From: an uncultured Bdellovibrionales bacterium
Lineage (GTDB): Bacteria > Patescibacteriota > Minisyncoccia > Moranbacterales > UBA1568
Direction of reading: 5' to 3'
DNA length: 35,032 nucleotides
NCBI GenBank assembly: GCA_964590035.1
Contig: CAZPXK010000002.1
Location: forward strand, 11,979-47,010
Translations under genes and position numbers: made by a program
Part shown: piece by piece, positions 27,610-34,303 of the stretch
How the letters are laid out: each line of letters opens with the position of its first letter
How positions within the stretch are numbered: position 1 is the stretch's first letter
The notes under the pieces: model-generated
Seen by the model: the letters and a program-made list of their open reading frames with translations, nothing else
What the model was told of the DNA's origin: nothing
The model's database searches: none

Positions 27610-30421
27610 AGTCAATGAAACGCTCGGTAACTTTCTGTTCAATCAGATAGAAAGCGACCCTGACTTTCAGCAGTGGGCGGTAGATTATAGTATCCCTGAC
27701 TATATCACCGACAACCTACACCCGACGAAACGCTTGCGAGAGTATCAAGAGCGAGCTTTGAAGCACTTCATCTGGCTCTATGACCACGATAGGGCGAGAG
27801 CGAAGCATCTCTTGTTCAATATGGCTACGGGAACAGGGAAGACCCTTGTAATGGCATCCGTGGTGCTGTTTCTCTATGAAAAGGGCTATCGCAACTTCCT
27901 CTTTCTCGTGCATCAGATACAAATCAAAGACCAAGCCGTAAAGAACTTTACCGATTACAAGTTTGAGAAGTATCTGTTCAACCCAAAGGGTATCAAAATC
28001 AATGGACGGAATGTGGACGTCAAAATGGTCGAGAGCGTAGCGGATGCCAACCGCAACGCTATCAACTTTATGTTCTTCAGCACCTCATTGCTCTATAATC
28101 GCCTCAAAGAAGATAGGGAGAACGGATTGACTGCCGAAGACTTTGCAAATAACGATGTCGTGATAATCGCTGATGAAGCCCATCGGCTCAATGTGGATAC
28201 ACGAAGCAAAAACAAGAAAGACCAAGAAGAAATACTCAACTGGGAAACAGCCGTGATGTCGGCTATCAAGGCTCGGGAAGAAAATATGCTGTTGGAGTTT
28301 ACCGCTACGGTTGATTTGGCAAACGAAGCTATTCACAGTAAGTATGAAGATAAGATTGTTCACCGTTACGATTTCCTTGAGTTCAACAAAGACGGTTATA
28401 GCAAGGATGTGAAGTTCCTTTTCAACCAAGAGGTTCATATCGAAGACCAGAAACGCCTACTCATTATCAATGCGGTTGCTTTGAGCGAATATCGCAGGTT
28501 GCTTGCCGAACGAGAAATGGAAGTGTTCATCAGCCCGATTGTGCTTATCAAATCGGTAAAAATCGCTCAAAGCGAAGAAGACCGCAAGTTTTTTGATAGC
28601 GTGATTGGTTCCCTCCGACCAGATGATTTGAACCGTCTCAAAGAATTGAGCAAAGGAGGGAAAAACCGTGAACACGAGATTTTGAGCGATATGTTCAAAT
28701 GGCTCGCATCTCCCAAGGCTGGTCTCGTATCGCAAGGCGATTGGGAGGGATTGAAAGCGTTTACTGCCGAGATACGGGCAAGTTTCGCCCACGAAAACAC
28801 ACTTATCTATAACAGTCAGAAAAAGGAAAAAGCAGAGTTATTGCCATTATTAGATAGTCCTCGAAACACCATCCGTGCCATCTTTTCAGTCAATGCGCTG
28901 AACGAGGGTTGGGATGTGCTTGGTTTGTATGACATCGTTCATTTTGATATTTCCGAAGCCAAGAAGGTATCTCTTCAAGATATTCAGTTGATTGGTCGTG
29001 GTGCGAGATATTGTCCCTATGAACTGCCAAAGCTCTACAAGCAAGATGAAGCCGATGGTATGTCGAGCCTGTTTGCTGGGCGTAGTCTTGAGTTTGATAA
29101 ATACAAACGGAAGTTCGACAACGACCCATTCGATAAGGGGCGAGTGTTGGAAACATTCGTTTATCATTTCGTGAAAACAGGGACATTTCTTGAGAGCCTT
29201 CAGCGTGATTTGCTCGGTGAGGGCATTATCAGCGAAGGTGTCGAAAAGAAGACTATCGCGATGAAGCAAAAGTTCCTTGAAAGCGAGACTTACAAGAAAG
29301 GGTTCGTTCTCGTAAATCATACGGAACAAAGAACCAAGACGAAGGATGATGAGATTGATACGACATTCAAGCGTGTCATAAAGGCTGGCTCATATAATTT
29401 ACGGGCGAGGGGTCTATCGGATTTTGAACAAAACCAAATTATCGCAGGACAAAAAGTTGATGTTATTAGCATCACTGAAGAATATTTCCCACTGCCTGTC
29501 ATTCGTAAAGCGTTGGTTTCTGCCGAGGGTAACTTTTTCCGTTTCAGTAATTTGAGCAAGCATATTGTCGGTATCAGCACGATTGATGAACTCATTGAAA
29601 AATACCTGCCACTTTATAAAATCAGTTATACCTACGAAGAAGGCAAGGGTATCAGTCAGCTCAATCCGATAGAAAAACTGCAATTGCTGGTCGGCGTGAT
29701 ATTGCCAGAGGTGCGTAAGGCGATTGATATAAATATGCCCCGCGTAACGGGGAGCAAAAAATTCCGTCCAGTCTCGTTGTCAGTTGTATTTGGCAAGGAA
29801 AAGAATATCTATCTGATGTCGTTTCCAGTCGAAGACGCGGTTACTGGGAAGAAGGTGTTTATGAGCAACGATGAACGTGCCAAAGCACAGTCCGACCACG
29901 ACAATCCAGAACTGCAATACGATATTCAATCTGCCAATTGGTATGCCTATGATGAGAACTACGGCACGAGTGAGGAGAAACGCTTTGTGAAGTATATAGC
30001 GAGCCAGATTGATGATTTACGGGCGAAGTATCAAGGGGCGGAGATTTACCTGATACGCAACGAACTTGATTACTGGCTCTTTAGCCCGCAAGACGGACGC
30101 AGGTTCAGCCCTGACTATATGCTGATAGTGAATGATGTCGCCAATGGCGAGATGTATTACCAGTGTTTGATTGAGCCAAAGGGCGGTCATTTGCTCGAAC
30201 ACGATGTGTGGAAAGAAGAAGCCCTGATAAGCCTGAATGATGATAGCGAGGTGGTATTTGACGCACGGGATGGTGATACTCGCAATTACCGTGAATACTT
30301 AGCAGAAGTCAGCAAGCACGGCTATAAGGAGATAAAATCGCTTGGCTTGAAGTTCTACAATTCCGACCCTCGCGGTGAAGAAGATTTCGCACTGGATTTT
30401 CAAGAAAAATTACTTCGCTAA
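27590..30421 (+). CDS. res: type III restriction endonuclease subunit (Res), SF2 helicase + PD-(D/E)xK nuclease
   Basis: NMATGTGKT (motif I), IIADEAHRL (DEAH), SVNALNEGWDV, IGRGAR, and the C-terminal FSPDYMLIV...CLIEPKG nuclease motif. The start overlaps mod by 20 nt. Confidence 0.9.
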   Translation: MARQKTKVNETLGNFLFNQIESDPDFQQWAVDYSIPDYITDNLHPTKRLREYQERALKHFIWLYDHDRARAKHLLFNMATGTGKTLVMASVVLFLYEKGYRNFLFLVHQIQIKDQAVKNFTDYKFEKYLFNPKGIKINGRNVDVKMVESVADANRNAINFMFFSTSLLYNRLKEDRENGLTAEDFANNDVVIIADEAHRLNVDTRSKNKKDQEEILNWETAVMSAIKAREENMLLEFTATVDLANEAIHSKYEDKIVHRYDFLEFNKDGYSKDVKFLFNQEVHIEDQKRLLIINAVALSEYRRLLAEREMEVFISPIVLIKSVKIAQSEEDRKFFDSVIGSLRPDDLNRLKELSKGGKNREHEILSDMFKWLASPKAGLVSQGDWEGLKAFTAEIRASFAHENTLIYNSQKKEKAELLPLLDSPRNTIRAIFSVNALNEGWDVLGLYDIVHFDISEAKKVSLQDIQLIGRGARYCPYELPKLYKQDEADGMSSLFAGRSLEFDKYKRKFDNDPFDKGRVLETFVYHFVKTGTFLESLQRDLLGEGIISEGVEKKTIAMKQKFLESETYKKGFVLVNHTEQRTKTKDDEIDTTFKRVIKAGSYNLRARGLSDFEQNQIIAGQKVDVISITEEYFPLPVIRKALVSAEGNFFRFSNLSKHIVGISTIDELIEKYLPLYKISYTYEEGKGISQLNPIEKLQLLVGVILPEVRKAIDINMPRVTGSKKFRPVSLSVVFGKEKNIYLMSFPVEDAVTGKKVFMSNDERAKAQSDHDNPELQYDIQSANWYAYDENYGTSEEKRFVKYIASQIDDLRAKYQGAEIYLIRNELDYWLFSPQDGRRFSPDYMLIVNDVANGEMYYQCLIEPKGGHLLEHDVWKEEALISLNDDSEVVFDARDGDTRNYREYLAEVSKHGYKEIKSLGLKFYNSDPRGEEDFALDFQEKLLR

Positions 30422-30433
30422 TGAGAAAACAAT

Positions 30434-31315
30434 ATGCCAATCTTTCAAATCGCCAGTAAGAACGCAAAGCAGATAGCTCTTGATTTGGGTCGTTTTGAAA
30501 ACGAAGCCTCCCTCCGTGATTACTTCGCGGAAAATCTTGAAAGCCTCCTTGGTATGCGTTTTTTGGCGAAAGAGTATCAAACACGCGATGGGAGAATTGA
30601 TACGCTGGCGATTGATGAGGCAAATGCCCCAGTGATTATTGAGTATAAATGGAACGAAAAGGATACCATACTTCCGCAGGGTCTTTTCTATTTCAACTGG
30701 CTCAAAGAAAACAAACGGTTATTCAATCTTCAGGCTGAAAAAATCCTTGGAAAGGAAGTCAAAGTCAATTGGGAAAAACCACGGGTCGTGCTTATTGCTC
30801 AAGGATTTGACCGCTACACGATGTTTGCCGTCCGAGAGGTGCGGTATGTGGAACTTATCAAATATACGCCATACAAGGACGGTATTTTGCTTCTTGAGAC
30901 GGTATATAGTCCAGATACGTCCAAGCCCATTACGGAAAAAGCGGAAGAAAGTGAGACTGAAGAGAAAGAAGAAAAATTCGGGGTTGATTACCATTTGGAG
31001 AAAGTTACGAATGAAGTGAAAGAGGTTTTCTATGCTCTTGAAGAGAGGCTTTTGGCATTGCCTTCGGTGACGGAGGTTGCCGAGCAAAAGGCGGGCATTA
31101 CCTATCGGACAACCAAGAGCTTTACACGGTTTGAGTTCGGAAAGACATACATTGATATTCTGCTCCGTGAGGCAAAGTATGAAGACCCGCAGGGATTGGT
31201 TCAGGATATTGCTTCATACAAATGGGGTTATAACGGGAGAATAAAAATCAAATCTCTTGAGGAGGTAGAGACTATCTTTGAGTTGATACGCCAGTCGTAT
31301 CAGTCTACCCTTTAG
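30434..31315 (+). CDS. NucS/DUF91-like PD-(D/E)xK nuclease-fold protein with a DUF5655-like C-terminal domain
   Basis: The N-terminal pattern ...EASLRDYFAENLESLLGMRFLAKEYQTRDGRIDTLAIDEANAPVIIEYKW is typical of NucS/DUF91-type nucleases. An acidic linker follows. The C-terminus (ITYRTTKSFTRFEFGKTYIDILL...KIKSLEEVETIFELIRQSY) resembles DUF5655. Both calls are from memory. Confidence 0.6.
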   Translation: MPIFQIASKNAKQIALDLGRFENEASLRDYFAENLESLLGMRFLAKEYQTRDGRIDTLAIDEANAPVIIEYKWNEKDTILPQGLFYFNWLKENKRLFNLQAEKILGKEVKVNWEKPRVVLIAQGFDRYTMFAVREVRYVELIKYTPYKDGILLLETVYSPDTSKPITEKAEESETEEKEEKFGVDYHLEKVTNEVKEVFYALEERLLALPSVTEVAEQKAGITYRTTKSFTRFEFGKTYIDILLREAKYEDPQGLVQDIASYKWGYNGRIKIKSLEEVETIFELIRQSYQSTL

Positions 31316-31323
31316 AAAAAAAA

Positions 31324-31506
31324 ATGTATCACCCTATTCAACCACCAGAAGGAAGCATTGAATGGATGAAGGAGATGGTGAAGAAGAATGAGGGGCGTGA
31401 GCTGACTGACCAAGAGGCTTACGAAGTGGCATACAACTATCTCAATTTCTTCAATATGCTTATATATCTGGATAAAAAGCAGAAGCCTAACAAACCAAAA
31501 GAGTAA
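31324..31506 (+). CDS. small hypothetical protein (60 aa)
   Basis: Tightly packed between flanking genes, with its stop 4 nt before the next ATG. Shares an [LI]-[ST]-D-x-[ED]-A-x-E...L..hh motif with ORFs 32369..32569 and 23989..24162. Confidence 0.4.
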   Translation: MYHPIQPPEGSIEWMKEMVKKNEGRELTDQEAYEVAYNYLNFFNMLIYLDKKQKPNKPKE

Positions 31507-31510
31507 ATTT

Positions 31511-32359
31511 ATGAAAGCAGTAAAAAAGCCCCCACTCAAAGCTAACCTGACACGTCTCTCCAAAGATAAGGAATGGCGTCTGTATAAGAGAAAATCGGCT
31601 ATACCCATAGGGGCAGAGACATCAAGGCACTACTTGATTGGTACCTTGACCAATGGTTTCAATCTTATCCTGGCTGGTATAACTGGCTCTGGGAAAAGCA
31701 CATTTTTCCACAGTGCTATTGTTCATCTTTTGGAGAATACAAAGCCTGACGAATTGAAGCTCGTCCTCATTGACCCGAAACAAGTAGAACTGCGAATATA
31801 CGAAAGTCTGCCTAACTTGGCGTTTCCAGTTATTGGGACTTCAAAAGAAGCAAAGAAAGTTCTGAAATGGTGTATGAGTGAGATGAACCATCGACTCGAG
31901 ACCCTGACAAAAAAAGGGAAGCCTATATCTTTTGACGATTTCAATCGAAAGCATAAGAGCAAATTACCGAGGATTGTAGTTCTTATCGACGAATGTTCTG
32001 ATTTGATGCACGATAGCCCTCGTTTCTTCAGGAAGGCAATCGAAGACATACTCAAGCTTGGAGAGGCGACTGGCGTAAACTTGGTGATAGGCACATCTCG
32101 TCCGTCACTTGATGTTTATCCTGAAAAGCTAGTGAGTGCATTTCAATATAAACTAGCCTTCAAAGTATCGAAGTCCACTGATTCCGTACTTGTTCTTGGT
32201 GTAAAGGGTGCTGAAAAATTGCGAGGTAAAGGGGATATGCTTTTCCGCTTTTGGGAGGGACTGGAGGAGCGTGTTGCTCATTTACAGGGCTTCTATATAA
32301 GTGAGGCGGAAATAAAGAAAGCTATCGCTTCAATCAAACCGCTTAGGAATGGGGGGTAA
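31511..32359 (+). CDS. FtsK/SpoIIIE-family DNA translocase ATPase, motor domain only
   Basis: Walker A LILAGITGSGKSTF, Walker B PRIVVLIDECSDL, VNLVIGTSRPS, GKGDMLF. No TM segment or gamma domain. Confidence 0.8.
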   Translation: MKAVKKPPLKANLTRLSKDKEWRLYKRKSAIPIGAETSRHYLIGTLTNGFNLILAGITGSGKSTFFHSAIVHLLENTKPDELKLVLIDPKQVELRIYESLPNLAFPVIGTSKEAKKVLKWCMSEMNHRLETLTKKGKPISFDDFNRKHKSKLPRIVVLIDECSDLMHDSPRFFRKAIEDILKLGEATGVNLVIGTSRPSLDVYPEKLVSAFQYKLAFKVSKSTDSVLVLGVKGAEKLRGKGDMLFRFWEGLEERVAHLQGFYISEAEIKKAIASIKPLRNGG

Positions 32360-32368
32360 GTAGAGTGT

Positions 32369-32569
32369 ATGGTTTCTCAAGAGGCTCTGGAAGAGTATAA
32401 GAAAATCTACAGGAAGCAATTTAGAAAGGATATTTCGGATGCTGACGCCTTGGAACAGGCGACCAAGCTCCTTCGTCTTATGGAAATCATCTACAAGCCA
32501 ATGACGAAAGAGGAGTTTGATGAACTGGCGAGAAGGAACCCGACTATATCGCTTGAGCCTGCTCAATAG
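32369..32569 (+). CDS. small hypothetical protein (66 aa)
   Basis: Starts 9 nt after the ftsK-like stop. The motif DISDADALEQATKLLRLMEIIY is shared with two other small ORFs of the element. Confidence 0.45.
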   Translation: MVSQEALEEYKKIYRKQFRKDISDADALEQATKLLRLMEIIYKPMTKEEFDELARRNPTISLEPAQ

Positions 32570-32590
32570 CCATTCTCAACTCCTGCCAAG

Positions 32591-32615
32591 AGAGGCTTTA
32601 CAGAGCCTCTTTTTT
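32591..32615 (+). terminator. rho-independent terminator
   Basis: AGAGGC (32591-32596) / GCCTCT (32605-32610), followed by TTTTT. Confidence 0.55.
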
Positions 32616-32618
32616 GTA

Positions 32619-32647
32619 TTGACACCGAGCCTAAAAAGGTGTATAAT
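32619..32647 (+). promoter_or_regulatory. consensus sigma70 promoter of the DGR target gene (TTGACA-17 nt-TATAAT)
   Basis: TTGACA at 32619-32624, exactly 17 nt of spacer, TATAAT at 32642-32647. Both hexamers are perfect consensus. Confidence 0.65.
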
Positions 32648-32794
32648 GGTATGTTGAACCTTAAAAATCCATACTTTTGCCATAGCAGAAAGCGGCTTCA
32701 TCTAGGCCTTTCTCTGCTATGGCAAACTCGAATCTTTCGAGACCTGGCCTGCGACCATGTCCGCAAGGATAGTCGCTTCAACAAGGAGATCGTT

Positions 32795-33421
32795 ATGACG
32801 AAGTCCGAGTTTTCTGTCGTTGGTCTGGCGCACAAAATCTGCCTTGCCGCAGAAGCGCAGGGATACAACCCCGAGCTTCTCAACGCTTTGGCGGAACATC
32901 CTTCTCTCTTCGAGCAATTGCTCGAAGTGCAGCAAGGTCGAGCGAACATCGTTCCGTTCGAGAAAAAGCCGGAGCCCGTTCTCGACACCCTCATCCGTGT
33001 CGACCGCTCCATCCGGCCGGTTTACCCCGACTGGATGAAGACCGTGATGCATCCGGAACTGGAATCTACCGGCCTGGTCGAATACGATCTCGGAACCATC
33101 AACCCTTGGCTCCATGACGGTCAGAAAAATGGCCGCTACATGGAAGGCAACAAGCTCTACGAGTATCTGAAAGAACAGAAGATGCTCGAGAGCTGCCTGT
33201 CGCTGCGCGACGGCGAAGAGATCCAAAAGAAAGGCCTGGCTGTTTTCCGGAAGTTCTTCCAAGGCAAAGCGGTCTTTCTCTGGAAGTCAGTCGTGCGGCG
33301 CCGCGGCGGCAGCCTCAACGTTCCGTATCTCTACGAGGACGACGACGGGGTGGTGGTGGGCTGGCGCTGGCTCGGCAGCAGCTGGGACGGCAACGACCCC
33401 GCTCTGCGCTTCGCAAGTTAG
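32795..33421 (+). CDS. DGR variable (target) protein, 208 aa, no signal peptide; VR forms the C-terminal 42 codons
   Basis: The ATG at 32795 is preceded by AAGGAG 7 nt upstream. The ORF-track start at 32639 lies inside the promoter -10 region and is rejected. The C-terminus ...GGSLNVPYLYEDDDGVVVGWRWLGSSWDGNDPALRFAS ends 5 nt after the VR, as in CLec-fold DGR targets (xxGFRxA-like ending). Confidence 0.85.
   Translation: MTKSEFSVVGLAHKICLAAEAQGYNPELLNALAEHPSLFEQLLEVQQGRANIVPFEKKPEPVLDTLIRVDRSIRPVYPDWMKTVMHPELESTGLVEYDLGTINPWLHDGQKNGRYMEGNKLYEYLKEQKMLESCLSLRDGEEIQKKGLAVFRKFFQGKAVFLWKSVVRRRGGSLNVPYLYEDDDGVVVGWRWLGSSWDGNDPALRFAS
33291..33414 (+). repeat. DGR variable repeat (VR)
   Basis: 124 bp aligned without gaps to 33771-33894 (offset exactly 480). 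There are 19 mismatches, all at positions where the TR has A (17 are G and 2 are C in the VR). The adenine-free 3' block CCCCGCTCTGCGCTTCGC is identical in both. Confidence 0.92.
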
Positions 33422-33474
33422 CACTCTGGACTCTGTATCTTTGGTCTCTTAGACCCTTGATACTTAGTCCTTTG

Positions 33475-33510
33475 ACCCCGCATTTTACCTAATGGTAGTG
33501 CGGGGTTTTC
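33475..33510 (+). terminator. rho-independent terminator downstream of the target gene
   Basis: ACCCCGCA (33475-33482) / TGCGGGGT (33499-33506), followed by TTTT. Confidence 0.55.
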
Positions 33511-33546
33511 ATTTTCTCAATTTTTTATCTTTTGATATACTGAAAT

Positions 33547-33940
33547 TGGTAGTAGGCGAATCTTGCAGGCGACTACGGTTGCCAGCGGCCGAATCCAGTA
33601 TCCATACACCGAGAGTATCCGCGGCCACGGTTTCGGATAGAGTGGTGTATGTAGACACTTCACTAAAAATGAAGATACTTGGTATAAGATGCTAAGGCAT
33701 TTGAGATGCCGAATACGATTCAACTCTGAGAGTATTCAAGGGGTGATGGCACAGGTGGCATTTTATACGTTCGTGCAGAACCGCAACGGCAACCTCAACG
33801 TTCCGTATCTCTACGAGAACGACGACAAGGTGGTGGTGAACTGGAACTGGCTCGACAACAACTGGAACGACAACAACCCCGCTCTGCGCTTCGCCATTCT
33901 CTTCTTTCTCCTCTCACTGGTTAGAGGAGTTTTGTTTTTT
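33547..33940 (+). ncRNA. putative DGR template RNA (structured leader + TR + 3' hairpin)
   Basis: Extended -10 TGaTATACT at 33533-33541. Leader stems: GTAGT/ACTAC (33549-53 / 33572-76), CATACACC/GGTGTATG (33603-10 / 33644-51) enclosing TATCCG/CGGATA (33616-21 / 33634-39), GGCAT/ATGCC (33696-33710) and GAATAC/GTATTC (33711-16 / 33732-37). The TR is at 33771-33894. A hairpin CTCCTCT/AGAGGAG (33908-33929) is followed by a T-run. Transcript ends are inferred, not demonstrated. Confidence 0.35.
33771..33894 (+). repeat. DGR template repeat (TR)
   Basis: Contains 34 adenines, including 12 AAC codons when read in the VR frame. 19 of the 34 A positions differ in the VR, and no non-A position differs. 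Confidence 0.92.
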
Positions 33941-34303
33941 CAGGAGCTGTCCCTGCCAACCCCCGAGCATTCGCCCGATTTCATCAAGTCTTACCGAAAG
34001 TGCCAGATACTTTTTGTTATCCAGTGACTTGGTCTCCCACAAAATCATCAAGAAGAGTTTGAGGGTATCCATCTTTTTGATAGCGTGGCGGATGTACGGA
34101 ATCTTTTCCGTACCTGAAGAAAAGCTGGCTGCTGCCACTGCTTCAATAGTTTCTACAAAGAGACTATCAATTTTCTGCCCTAGAGAATGCCGGTGAATTT
34201 TTGGCAAAGTAAAAAGATAGCTATACCACAATGTGTATCCTTCCTTCAGTTTTTGCAAAAGAGGTAAGAGCTTCGGGGGGGGGGTGTTCAAAGAAGAGTT
34301 CAT
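33914..34303 (-). CDS. avd: DGR accessory variability determinant (Avd), four-helix-bundle / 23S rRNA intervening-sequence protein family
   Basis: 129 aa. ...YLFTLPKIHRHSLGQKIDSLFVETIEAV...IKKMDTLKLFLMILWETK...LSVRLDEIGRMLGGWQGQLLKK parallels Bordetella bAvd (IPRKHG..., AEVGRILGSWIARVNRK) and the four-helix-bundle family. It lies between the TR and the RT but on the opposite strand. Confidence 0.85.
   Translation of the reverse strand: MNSSLNTPPPKLLPLLQKLKEGYTLWYSYLFTLPKIHRHSLGQKIDSLFVETIEAVAAASFSSGTEKIPYIRHAIKKMDTLKLFLMILWETKSLDNKKYLALSVRLDEIGRMLGGWQGQLLKKQNSSNQ

Noticed and set aside
32639-32794. N-terminal extension of the DGR target (ORF-track start at 32639)
   Set aside because: The proposed start lies inside the spacer and -10 region of a perfect consensus promoter (32619-32647). 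The extension covers a strongly structured leader, and a good AAGGAG RBS precedes the ATG at 32795.
33443-33455. Small hairpin GGTCT-ctt-AGACC just after the VR, considered as the DGR target-recognition cruciform
   Set aside because: It has only a 5-bp stem with a 3-nt loop and lies about 28 nt after the end of homology. That is too weak to call without comparative or experimental support.
33689-34027. 112-aa plus-strand ORF (MLRHLRCR...NRNGNLNVPYLYENDDKVVVNWNWLDNNWNDNNPALRFAI...) that looks like a paralogue of the target C-terminus
   Set aside because: It is simply the DGR template repeat read in frame. It has no RBS, it runs into the antisense of avd, and its Asn-rich stretch reflects the AAC-rich template design. 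I treat it as non-coding TR.
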